Shown here piece after piece: positions 24,134 through 35,114 of a stretch of DNA of 38,171 nt. Made by a program: the position numbers and the translations under genes. Numbering within the stretch: position 1 is the stretch's first letter; the number at the start of each line of letters is the position of its first letter. The DNA lies in assembly GCF_001194135.2 (NCBI RefSeq), contig NC_068993.1:41465029-41503199 (forward strand), given 5' to 3'. The notes beneath the pieces were generated by a model. The model was not told the origin of the DNA. It did not search any database and saw nothing but the letters and a program-made list of their open reading frames with translations. The stretch is from Octopus bimaculoides (lineage: Eukaryota).

Positions 24134-24925
24134 AACCTGTTTCCAGAAAAGCAGAAGGAATGCTGCAAGGGCTCAAACGGCTGTAAAGATCAGCTAATAA
24201 TCAATAAAGCCATAACTGAAGACAGCCGCAGACAGAAGAAGGATCTTAGTATGGCCTGGATCGATTATTGAAAGCCTTTTGATAGAATTCTACACACATA
24301 GATCCTAGAAGCACTAGCTTTGAACAAAGTAGCACTAATAATCATAGAATATATAAAACATTCCATCAACAAATGGCAGACAGTGCTACAGATCCAGACA
24401 AAAGAGAGATTCATAAAAACCAAAGCCATCCCCATTAGCAGAAGAACATTCCAGGGAGACACGCTCTTTTCACTCCTTTTCTGCTTGATACTGACACCTT
24501 TATCTGACATGCTAAACAGAACTGGATGTAGATACAACTGTTACGGCAAAACAATCAACCGTCTCTTATATATGGATGATTTAAAACTGTATGCTACAAA
24601 TGATAAATAGCTGGAAACACTACTACAGCCAATACATGAATTTAGCAAAGAAATAAACATGAAATTTGGCTTAGAAAAATGTGCCAAAGCAACCTTCAAA
24701 AGAGGGAAATTAGTTAAGAGTAACATTTCACTAGATAAGGCAAGTGAAATAAGAGAATTAGACCATAGCCAGACACACAAATACTTACGAATCAATGAAC
24801 TAGATTTGATCCAACACACACAAATGAAAGAGACGATAAGAAAGGAATACTCTTGACGAGTTAGATTAATACTGAAAACAGAACTCAATGCGAAAAACAA
24901 AATAATAGGTGTCAACACTCTATCG
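24134..24925 (+). mobile_element. R4/Dong-clade non-LTR retrotransposon, reverse-transcriptase fragment (pseudogenised)
   Basis: One frame with four stops (24269, 24299, 24608, 24854): QKECCKGSNGCKDQLIINK, LSMAWIDY*KPFD, FQGDTLFSLLFC, LLYMDDLKLYA, MKFGLEKCA, KYLRINE, KTELNAKNKIIGVNTL. The RT call is firm; the clade is assigned from remembered motifs. Confidence 0.9.
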
Positions 24926-24997
24926 TTTAGGCCCTCAAATGTTCTTAGAGGACATTTGTTCTTCATAAGTTACGGATTTTTTCTCAGAGAAGAGAGT

Positions 24998-25160
24998 TTC
25001 ATCGACCCCAGCACTAAACAAATGCTTTAATTTAATCGACCCCGAAAGGACGAAAAGTAAATTTGTCCTTTGTGAGATTTGAACTAAAAACGTCAAAAGC
25101 CGGTATAGATACCGCGTGGCATTTTGTCCGACACCAACGATTCTGCCAATCCATCCTGCC
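24998..25160 (-). mobile_element. Decayed SINE family A
   Basis: atcgaccccag...taatcgaccccgaaaggacgaaaag...gatttgaact...cgattctgccaa. Confidence 0.8.
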
Positions 25161-25776
25161 CAAATCTGCTTTTAAAATCTGCTAATCTGGCTACCGTGTT
25201 CACATTGCTTACAACGTATTCACCTTCTGTTAGTTGGGTCACTGTCTATACGCTTCATTTAGGTTGCATAGTAATCTATATAATGTAATCTATATAAAAG
25301 ACAATCCGAAATTGTGAAGACACTACGCTATCAATATCTGCTGATATGACAAATTCTTTAGCAAAACATGATATAGCTGGCCTGGTGTGGTTTCTCCAAG
25401 TCCACAGTAGCGTTTCAAACCATTCCGTCAGTGCCTATCAGGAAAGTTGGTGCTTGAACAGGCTTGCCGTGCTCTTATATACCTCTCTTAATTGATACTT
25501 CAACATAATCCTAACTTGCTTTTAACATGCCATTCTATTCACCTGCTACGCCTAACAAATGAGATGTTCCCTAGGATGATTTTAGAGACCTGAAGAAACT
25601 CGGCAGACAGTCACAAATGTGTCATATATGCCCACAATTCTGGTGATGTCACGGTTGCTGTTCACGTCCAGAACATACGGGTGCAGAAAGATTTACACTT
25701 TGAGATTTCAGCCTTTCTAAAACAACACAACCACCCGCCTAAAGCCCGTTTTATTTAAGTGTGTACACCTCGTAGT

Positions 25777-26167
25777 AGTGGAGGCGCAATGGCTCAGTGG
25801 TTAGGGTAGCAGACTAGCGGTCATAGGATCGCGGTTTCGATTCCCAGACCGGGCGCTGTGAGTGTTTATTGAGCGAAAACACCTAAAAGCTCCATGAGGC
25901 TCCGGCAGGGGATGGTGGGGAACCCTGCTGTACTCTTCCACCACAACTTTCACTCACTCTTACTTCCTGTTTCTGTTGTGCCTGTAATTCAAGGGGTCAG
26001 CCTTGTCACACTGTGTGACGCTGAATATCGCCCGAGAACTACGTTAAGGGTACACATGTCTGTGGAGTGCTCAGCCACTTGCACGTTAATTTCACGAGCA
26101 GGCTGTTCCGTTGATCGGATCGACTGGAACCCTCGACGTCGTAAGCGACGGAATGCCAGCAAACAAC
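25777..26167 (+). mobile_element. Full-length tRNA-derived SINE, family B, with 12-bp TSD
   Basis: A box tggctcagtgg, B box ggtttcgattcc, ~390 bp, short caac tail; perfect TSD acacctcgtagt at 25765-25776 and 26168-26179. Confidence 0.92.
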
Positions 26168-26793
26168 ACACCTCGTAGTCATGAAGAAGCGTTAGTGACT
26201 CCATGCTAGTAATCCTGGTCTCATTGATTACTTCATGCTAGAAATCCTTGTCTCACCGATATCTAATAAACTGAGTTCACTAGTCAAGTGTCTTTGCTTC
26301 CTGCTTGATCCAAGGGTACGTGGACTTATAAAACTACCCTTTGTATAGAGAAATTAGATAGCGAAAAGACGTGGCTTTCCCTTGAACTTGAAAACAAGAA
26401 CGTAAATCGGTTTATTTTTGCAATGAGGAAGAGATTCTTAAGGAACCCTTCCACAAATTTCTTGGCAACCATATTTCGGAAAATTCCCACACCATCTGGT
26501 TTTATTATATACATACATACATACATACATANNNNNNNNNNNNNNNNNNNNNNNNNNNNNNNNNNNNNNNNNNNNNNNNNNNNNNNNNNNNNNNNNNNNN
26601 NNNNNNNNNNNNNNNNNNNNNNNNNNNNNNNNNNNNNNNNNNNNNNNNNNNNNNNNNNNNNNNNNNNNNNNNNNNNNNNNNNNNNNNNNNNNNNNNNNNN
26701 NNNNNNNNNNNNNNNNNNNNNNNNNNNNNNNNNNNNNNNNATATACATATATATATATATATATATGTGTGTGTATATATATATATATGTATA

Positions 26794-26830
<37 letters not shown>

Positions 26831-27906
26831 GCTACAGCGAAGACGTGGGGACATTGTTATTGTTGTTGTTACTGCTGCTGCAGCTGCTGTTATTGTTACT
26901 GTTGTTCTTGATGTCCCTTGAGTCTATGTCGGTGTCGTTCGTGCTTGTAAGATATCTGCTAATGTATTCACCAGAAAAGCTATCTCCCGGTGTGTACAGG
27001 ATGAGCGCCATCTTTCTGTATATATTTTGTTGTCGCTGTATCCTTTTGTAATGTGTACTCCTTCAACTCACTGTTTATTTTTCATACAACACTGAAGTTG
27101 GGAAGGTGGCGTTCTGTGTTTGTTGCTGTTGTCATTGTTGTTGTTGCTGTTGTTGGTGGTGGTGGTGCTGGTGGTGCTGGTGGTGGTATTGTCGTTGTCG
27201 TTACACTTGTTTGTTATTGTTAGTCTTCTTCTTTTGTTTTTTGTTTTTTGTTTTGAATTTGCTTGCAAATGGTTGTTTGTCTGTGCCTTTTCTGTTTTGT
27301 TGCTGCAGCTGCCGGTTTATCTGTTGTTGTTATTGCATTTATTCATTTACTCTTGTTGTTTTTGTTGTTGTGCTTGGTAAGTTATTCTGGTTTTGAATTT
27401 TGCTTTACGATTGTAGATTTTACTTGTTTTTGCTGCTGTTGTTTTTGTTCTTGTTGTTACTGCTGTGATGGCGGTGGTCGATGGCAAGTACCTCGATGAC
27501 AAGTCAAACCTCTTTGTCTCCTGCGTTGCCCGTCTGTCGGTAGTTTTCTTCATTATGTATGAACACATATGTATATACATACATATATAGATACATACAT
27601 ACATATATATATATATATGCACACACACACACACACACATATATATGTATGTACATGTAAAGAAGCGCGTATGTACGTACGTCACTCTACTCCCTTCTCT
27701 TCATCACACTAAGAACGTTATTTTTGATTTGATCGTCTGAGGATGAAGCAGCACAAAAGAACTAGTATATAAACTCTAGACGAAACATCATTAGAGTAGT
27801 CTTTGAAGAATAATCGACGGTGGTAAACGGTGATGGAGAACTTAACCATCTTGATTCTTTTACATATGGAGAGAAATATCTCGAGCAGAGATATAATAAG
27901 GACAAA

Positions 27907-28111
27907 CCTTTCTAATATAAGCGCAAGGCCTGGTATTTTTGCGGGGAGTGAGTTAGTCGATTACACTGATTCAAGTACAGAACTGGTACTTATTTTTGAA
28001 GGCTCCGAAAAGACGAAAGGTAAAGTCGACTCCCCGGTGGAATTTAAAGTCAGGATTAAATGCCGCTAAGTATTTTGCCCAGCGTGCTAACGATTATGCC
28101 AGCTCGCTGCC
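27907..28111 (-). mobile_element. SINE family A
   Basis: Minus strand starts ggcagcgagctggcataatcgttagcacgc; family core present with an internal deletion. Confidence 0.85.
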
Positions 28112-28182
<71 letters not shown>

Positions 28183-28183
<1 letters not shown>

Positions 28184-28277
28184 TGGCATCTCAAGGCGAC
28201 TACCGAACCAGTGAAACCTATTTGAAAATGATACCAGGCTTACCATCCATACAGAAACTACAAAAAATCATGTACTG
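28183..28277 (+). mobile_element. Short 3' fragment of an R4/Dong-like ORF, directly after (TAA)n
   Basis: ETYLKMIPGLPSIQKLQKIM resembles the C-terminal YLxxIPGxPSxxExQKIV motif of R4/Dong ORFs; recognition only, and the match is short. Confidence 0.5.
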
Positions 28278-28544
28278 AGAAGAGCATTATCGCTGTGAAA
28301 ACAACATCTATTCATGAGTTTTTTTGTTTTTTTTTTAAATTAAAAATTATATCTGTGAATTTGCGTGTGTAAACTGGGAATGCATACAATGAGCTTCTCT
28401 TCCCTAGGTGTACGGAAAACACTCGGCGAGAAATGGAAGAAAATTTGAAGAAAGAAGAAAAAAAACAACATAATAATAATAGTGATAATAGTAATAATAA
28501 TAAGAAAAAGAATTTTAGCACAAGGCCAGTGTGTGTGTGTGTGT

Positions 28545-28764
28545 GTGTGTGTCTTTACGTATGTCTGCGTTTGTCTTTTCACACCGCTTGATAACCGGGA
28601 CTGTTTGTTTACGTTCCCGCAAGTTAGCGGTTTGACATTTGACAAAAGAGCAGACCGATGTACAGAGTTAAAATATAATTACTGAAGTCGATTTGCTCTA
28701 CTAAAACCCTTCAAGGCAATGCCCCAGCATGATCTCAATCAAATGCCTGAAACCAATAAAAGAT
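28545..28764 (+). mobile_element. SINE family C 3' half after (TG)n
   Basis: tgtctgcgtttgtc...cgcttgataaccgg...tttacgttcccgcaagttagcggttt...gtcgatttgctctact...ccccagcatg...caaatgcctgaaac. Confidence 0.7.
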
Positions 28765-29391
28765 AGACATATTTGTAAATTAAACTCGGCAACTCTTTGA
28801 TCCGCGCAATAGCAGTACACAGAAAGCGCAACCGTGTAGCTTAAAAGAAATTTCAAGCGAGATTTATTGAAAAGCTTCTTCTTTAATAAACTATGTCAGT
28901 TAATTAAACACTCTACAGATAATGAAACAGTCGATAGTAATGTATTGTATGCAAAGTTATTTTAGCACTTATAATTCCTTATTTGCAAGTAGATAGAGTG
29001 GTACATTGAGGGGGTTAAATGCTTCTGCTAATGATACACTGCAACATCGTTCAACTTTGTACTGACACTAACAACTCAAACTGCTGCTGATCCTAATCTT
29101 CTGCTGACGAAATAAAACTCTAAAACAAAAAAAGAAATAAGTTAAGAAAGATTTGTTAGATTAATATCTTTACACAACTAGGAATGTATCTAATCAATGT
29201 TGGCGAGATTATCTTTAAAAATATCGTGGCATCACGATTAATAGATATTGATAGTCACCATAGATCGAAGATTAGCAATGATGAGCGTGCGTGCGATGAA
29301 AATGATTTTCTTCTGCTTGTATTTTACACACTTTTTCTTCCAAGTTGATTTAATATATTCGACGTACAACTGAAAGGAAAGCGATATTGGC

Positions 29392-29604
29392 TTCTAATTT
29401 AAGAACAAGGTCAACAATTTTGAGGGAATGGGGATAGTCGATACTGCCAGACCCAGTAGTAAATTGGTGCATTATTTTATCAAACCCTGGATAGATGAAA
29501 GGCAAAGTTGAAACCAGCGGGAACTGAGATTGAACGTAAAGAATTGGAAGGAATTCTCTAACATATTTTGTCCACCACTTTAAAGATTCAGCCAAGTCAC
29601 TGCC
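29392..29604 (-). mobile_element. Decayed SINE family A (left partner of head-to-head pair)
   Basis: Minus strand starts ggcagtgacttggctgaatc; plus strand shows gatgaaaggcaaagttg and a ttctaatttaagaacaagg tail. Confidence 0.75.
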
Positions 29605-29628
29605 TTAAAAAACATAATATTCCTTTAA

Positions 29629-29797
29629 GGCCGCGAGCTGACAGAATCGTTAGAACGCCGGGTAAAATGCTTAGCCGTATTTCGTCCATCTTCAAGCTCT
29701 GAGTTCTGCCGTGGTCGACTCTGCTTTTCATCCTGTCGCGGTCGATAAAATAAGTACTAGCTGAGTGCTTGCTTTGTGCCAAAATTTGAAATCAATA
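29629..29797 (+). mobile_element. SINE family A with internal deletion (right partner of head-to-head pair)
   Basis: ggccgcgagctgacagaatcgttagaacgccgg...gtcgataaaataagtac...ctttgtgccaaaatttgaaatc. Confidence 0.85.
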
Positions 29798-29852
29798 TTC
29801 TTTCATATTTCGAAATAGAATACCTAATATTCTGTGTGATGATTTCTGAGCA

Positions 29853-30158
29853 TACTGTTTTATATTTGAGAGATGGGGAATTATGTACATTATTTGCATT
29901 ATTTACATTTGACAGATATTTATCCTCATCTTGTTTGTTGTTAATACAACGTTTCGGCTGATATACTCTCCAGCCTTCATCAGGTGTCTTGGGGGAATTT
30001 CGAACCTGGGTTCTCACTCCTAAGGTATTTTTCGATGTTATCATCATCATCATCATCATCATTATTATTATTATTATTATTATTGAGGTCACTGTCTGGA
30101 ATCGAACTCGGAATCTTGAGATTGGTAGCCCGCGCTCTTAACCACTATGCTATATGCC
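29853..30158 (-). mobile_element. tRNA-headed SINE-like element (family E) with internal (AAT/GAT)n and a hammerhead-bearing 3' part
   Basis: A box TAGCATAGTGG (30152-30142), B box GAGTTCGATTCC (30109-30098), then microsatellite, then hammerhead core at 29987-29944. The 3' boundary is approximate. Confidence 0.75.
29944..29987 (-). ncRNA. Minimal type I hammerhead ribozyme (Penelope-like, palindromic stem III)
   Basis: ACAC-CUGAUGA-A-GGCUG[GAGAGUAUAU]CAGCC-GAAA-CG-UU-GUAU. All core nucleotides present; perfect 5-bp stem II; helix I 3 of 4 pairs; loopless ACGU stem III; GUU cleavage triplet. Confidence 0.75.
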
Positions 30159-31311
30159 AAGTAGCGGTGAAATGCATATATAATTTACTTGAAACTTTAT
30201 AACAGCTTCCACAACAAGTACATGGTTGTGAAATCGAGCAAATTTATGTAAGAGATGAAAGTAGTAACTATACTGAGAAGTAATGTTTATCGCCACATCA
30301 ATACGGCTGTTTGACGTTACTAACATTTTTAAACCTAGGAAGTGCCTCCTCCAGCTGGTTATCGATGCAATCTGCACTCGGTAGATAAAGCAAGCAGGGG
30401 AGCGAACCCCTACCATCTTCTAGCTGACAACGGGATCACCAGACCGAACGGTTTAGAGCAATTTGTGCCCATTGCGAATGGTGAACACCCGGCCGCTAGA
30501 CATAGCAAGAATTCACTCCAGCTCGCATTATATAGAAAACCAAGCGACAATCAAGTCACTGATATTGCAACAACTATTTACTTATTATTTATTTATTTAT
30601 TTATTTATGTACTATTTATTTATTTAGAGTCACCCGAAAAAGCGTTTTCTGCCTAAAGATACTAAAGATGTTCTCTTTTCACGTCAGGATCATGTGGTTT
30701 CTATCTTTAGCAAGTTCAAAGTTCTCGTAAGAGCTTCCTCGCTGCCTCCCAAATGTAGATTAATAAATTTCCATAGCAGTATAACCTCAGAAGGTGGGGA
30801 AAAGTGATTTACGCCCTTCCATCTACACAAGGCCGTCTTAACTGCAATATAGACCCCTGGAATAAGCAATGCTCGGGGGTTCATATATACGCAGCAACAG
30901 TATACATAGAATATGCATTAGGGTGCCTACACACGACGAAAACCCGGACTGCTACCCAGAGTGTCTATGTTTTGAGAGGGAACTGTTTTGCGCCCATCCT
31001 TCAGATCCTGTTGATGTGACTTTATTGTTGTAAAGGCACTGATGAAGTGTCATACGCTACCACTACGTTGTCATTCACTGAGAATGATTCAATCGGATTT
31101 ACTATCTGACTTCAGTGGCCTTGCATCATTGTAAGAAATCAATTGTTTTAAATATATATAATTAAATTTAAATTAATAGATTTTAATCATAGCGAATAAG
31201 ACTGAATATTAATCATGCTTCCAATACAAACCGAAATTACTATAATTATATATTTGTATGTGTATGTATGTGTATGTGTGTGCGTGTGTAATGTATATTC
31301 GTATGTATGTG

Positions 31312-31344
<33 letters not shown>

Positions 31345-31794
31345 ATNNNNNNNNNNNNNNNNNNNNNNNNNNNNNNNNNNNNNNNNNNNNNNNNNNNNNN
31401 NNNNNNNNNNNNNNNNNNNNNNNNNNNNNNNNNNNNNNNNNNNNNNNNNNNNNNNNNNNNNNNNNNNNNNNNNNNNNNNNNNNNNNNNNNNNNNNNNNNN
31501 NNNNNNNNNNNNNNNNNNNNNNNNNNNNNNNNNNNNNNNNNNNNNNNNNNNNNNNNNNNNNNNNNNNNNNNNNNNNNNNNNNNNNTATATATGTAAATAT
31601 TATAAAGCTGTGTGTGTGCAAACATACATACATATATGTATGTATGTATGTATGTATATATTTGTGTGTGCGTATGTATGTGTATATGTGTGTAAGAGTA
31701 TATATACAGATATGTGTGTGTGTGTGTATGTACGTTTGTATATGTGGTGTGTGGGATTATTTGTCGTGGTTTAGCCGTCTAACGCACAAGATCG

Positions 31795-32090
31795 GTTACG
31801 TTGATTTTGTTATATTCACTTCAACATCTACAAATTAAAATTTGATGGAAAACGAGCGTGGGAAGAGAATTCCAGACGGGGAAAATTCTGAGGATGGAGA
31901 AGAAAAGATTGGTGATCATGGGACAGTACGTATGACGGGAAGAGGACAGATTAATATATATGAGGCGAGTACTTGCGGGAGTTGTATTCAACATGTTATT
32001 TCTGACGAATAGACACCATTGTAGTAGCCGTAGAATTCGAAGAGTGAGGATACGGTATTACTGGGAGCTAGAGAGTGAAGTACGCCGGTG
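31795..32090 (-). mobile_element. Decayed CR1/L2-type LINE 3' end
   Basis: Frameshifted translation SSLFEFYGYYNGVYSSEI ... WNSLPTLVF ... NKIN matches the CR1-group C-terminal motifs FYxYYNG and WNxLP. The decayed region may extend to ~32700. Confidence 0.55.
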
Positions 32091-33095
32091 AGTATTTTAT
32101 TATTTTTTTTTTGTCTCTATCAGCTGTGCCAGATTGTTCTATTACACTTTAAGAATACAAATACTGTTGAGACATATTAAGAGAAGCAAGAACTAGGTAA
32201 TGGCAATTAGTTATATAAGCAACTGGAAAACGGTAATGTAAGCTGGAAAATCAAAGAGAAATGGTAGAGACAGTTAGAAGAACTGGCAGGATATAGTGAC
32301 GGTCTGCATCGATATGAATCAGATTGGAAATAAAAGTCAAGCTATGTATGATCGAGAGTGGAGTAATGAAGTAGAGACTAATGACTTTTGGCGAGAATTT
32401 TCACTGGAGATTAGGCAGTACGCAGCAGATATCAAATGTGTGTTTAGAAGAGAAATTAAAGGTGGGCGTGACTAATGATTTAAAACTAGTATGAAGGACA
32501 AATATTGATTTTACTAGCACGTTTCAATAGTTATCTCTCTCAATCTTAATCTTCCAAATGGCAATTTTCATGTCAGAAGTAACTCACACAGTTATGTCTC
32601 GAGGCATAAAAAAGAGATTTTAAAGGCTTTCTGAAAGGATAAAGTGAAGCACAGAGTCCGTGAAATCCTGTATGTGTTTGAGATGGCAGCAAGTAATCCA
32701 AAGTAAATAGTAATAAACATAAAAGTAACATAAATGCTTCTGCCGCGCGGAAGAGGGAAAATTATCATAATTCGCTGTGTGTAAAGACACACGCAACACT
32801 ATGTATGTGGGAGTGTTGTATCAGTATGTATATGTGTCTGCATGCATCTCTATACGTCAAGAGTAATTGGGGTAGTGAAACGAAACGGTAGAAGATTGAG
32901 AAGAAATATAAATGCTCGTTGATACCAAGGTGAATATAGGATCGCATAAAACTGTAATGCTAAGTTTAGAAAGGAGTCTATTACAACGAGAGCAAGCAAG
33001 ATCTAGTAGATCACTTCAGAAAGCATCTTGTACGTCACAACAATCCTCTTGTTTGTATCTTATCTTAGTAGAGCAAATTTTTCTTGTCTCATGTA

Positions 33096-33148
33096 ACTCT
33101 CAGTGAGTAGAAATACTCTCAGTGAGTAGAGATACTCTCAGTGAGTAG
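33096..33148. repeat. 19-bp tandem repeat, 2.8 copies
   Basis: Direct: actctcagtgagtag at 33096, 33115 and 33134, separated by aaat and agat. Confidence 0.95.
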
Positions 33149-33154
33149 GCATTT

Positions 33155-33838
33155 GTAATAGATTTCTGCTAAGGGCCCGAGTCGCAGTACTTCATTTATT
33201 TTAGTCCTGACTTTTGGAAGCCTACAGACTTAAGCATCGAAGCTCACTGTCTCTGGTCTGTCACTTTTCCCAAGCATTTCGACAAAGGGTTACTGAAAGG
33301 ACTTACATATCCATTTTGAACTGAATATCACATGTTTAATTCAAAACCATTCTGTGAATCAGTTAACGTTACGGTTATCCAACTCTGGCTCCAAAATTCA
33401 TCTAACGAATTTAATGTTCCCATGTTTTAGCTCAGTCAATATAACTTGCGGTTTGGAGTCGAATAACTGGTCGAGAGCCGTTTGCCCCGCTTCAATTCTA
33501 CTGCGAAATTCCTTCCAGAATCTTGTCATATATTAACAATTAATTTTCTCTCATGTTTAAAGAGGTTTTTTACTATTTAGTTGCTATAACTTACCGATTC
33601 TACTCTAATTTTTCCTTGGCAACGCCAGCTATCATTTATAATCATTTATCAATTCTCGCTTAGCTAGCTCACTAATCCAGTCGCTGTAACTTTTCCATAG
33701 TGCAATCGGAGCGTTAAGCTTCCAGGAAACAGGCCCTTGCTTAACAATCCTGTCTCGGTAGACTGTATACTTCACAAAATTATGGTCTGTATAGTGAACC
33801 ATCCGCAAATATGAAGAACTATTGCTATCCCTATCCAC
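33155..33838 (-). mobile_element. Decayed L1/Tx1-type LINE ORF2 fragment (end of APE endonuclease plus linker)
   Basis: TDHNFV...QGPVSWKLNA...ISELAKREL matches the L1/Tx1 motif SDH..V...GPG.WKLN. Downstream frameshifted KIRVESVSYS, TALDQLFD and CKSFQ*PF...RLPKV...GPL are in the expected order. Confidence 0.7.
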
Positions 33839-34029
33839 TGCTCTGACAAGTACTATTTCTATGTACGATCTAAGACACCATTTTCTAAAGGCAGGCGCTC
33901 GTGATTGAAAAGATGGTGAACAAATTATGTTTAATATGATTTTAAATGATTTTCAGTTTTTTTAATTTGTCCGTCATCAAGATGAATAAAGAAGAACTAT
34001 ATCGATCGAAATTCTAATTTTTTTTCCCG

Positions 34030-34202
34030 TGCGGCATTTCTGTCGCTTTTGTAATTTCTGAGTTCTAATCATGTTAACGTCAACTTTGCTTTCATCTTTT
34101 CGGGGTCGATAAAATAAAGTGCCAGTCAAATGCTGGAGTTGACAGTACAGACAAAACCCTACCCAACAAAACTGGTTTCTTTGTACCAAAATAAGAAATC
34201 AT
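34030..34202 (+). mobile_element. Decayed SINE family A
   Basis: ttctgagttctaatc...caactttgctttcatcttttcggggtcgataaaataaagtgccagt...tttgtaccaaaat. Confidence 0.75.
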
Positions 34203-34399
34203 AAAGAGACTAGAATAAAATGTTTTCCCCTAATATTTTTAGTGGAGCTGGTACCAGAAGTTTGAAAACCACTTATCTCGAGAGTCACTCTGATTTTCGA
34301 TGGACCACTTTTAGCGAATCCGAATAATTCAATTGTTATCTGCCAGACGATTAGAAATATCTGAGCAAAAAAATTGTTTACTTCTCCCAAAAAACGACA

Positions 34400-34640
34400 A
34401 TCCCACTTCTATATGCTAATCACTCTCAACTCTGGAGTACGTACAAGGATGCCATTCACTTAATAATATTTGTGATGATGTACTTAACAAGGTGCTTGAA
34501 CAGGGCTGGCTTGCTTACCCTTGCTGCGGTATATACGTGACATCAGAGCACAGCTTAAACTGCAATTAGCATCTTAGAGTACAACCTGTTGCTCGGGTCT
34601 CGAAAGATCATTATTAGCACGAGACGTAAGCATTTCCTTA
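34400..34640 (-). mobile_element. Possible decayed RTE-group LINE 3' fragment
   Basis: Shares ggtgcttgaacagg..gc with 25449-25466; translation RLYSKML...SCALMSRIYRSKGKQASPVQAP. Weak, recognition only. Confidence 0.3.
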
Positions 34641-35114
34641 AGAACAAAGCTACCTCACCCACCCCAGGGCCGATCGAAGGATGCATACATATTGTAATCT
34701 ACCACAAAAAAATGCAAATGGCATCGTGTCGAAAAATCTAGTTTAGCTGATGGTAACTATATCTAAAGGAAGTGAACTGAGGTCATTTCTTAGATAAGTG
34801 CCCACTGTACAAGTCATGAATATGAAAACATCCACTTTTCAATAACATCATTGGTGCAGTCAAATGAAATTAAAGAAAAAGGGTTAGCTCCACGGAACTC
34901 TACATTTTGAAGGAGGAAGAGGGTGTCTAATCCATAATGAAAGAGCTGTAATGTGTCGGGCCTCTACCCAACAACAAAGTTCCCGACATTCTCTAAAAAG
35001 GGTGTTTTCGTTCTTTCGTATACGCTTAGTACCATACTATTTTAGAATTCGTGGTGATATCCTTTAGTTTCCTTCACTGTCAGGATAGCGTATTGTTTGA
35101 TATATTTTCAACTC

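Noticed and set aside
26290-26500. Possible Penelope RT/GIY-YIG linker fragment (KLPFV, IFAMRK)
   Set aside because: Only a few residues match and frameshifts are required.
26832-27011. 59-codon minus-strand ORF starting aagATGGCG (MALILYTPGDSFSGEYISRYLTST...)
   Set aside because: Short, ends in Asn/Ser microsatellite, has no convincing splice sites and no recognisable homology.
27737-27790. CTGAGGA...CGAAAC hammerhead-like motif
   Set aside because: No stem II or stem III pairing. Other CTGATGA hits (17286, 31036, minus strand near 7407 and 7846) also lack the GAAA/stem arrangement.
30085-30158. tRNA gene candidates here and at 25780 and 17264
   Set aside because: A and B boxes are present, but there is no complete cloverleaf or oligo-T terminator and each continues into a SINE body.
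33096-33148. CRISPR-like array
   Set aside because: The 4-nt gaps are not spacers, there are no cas genes, and the context is eukaryotic.
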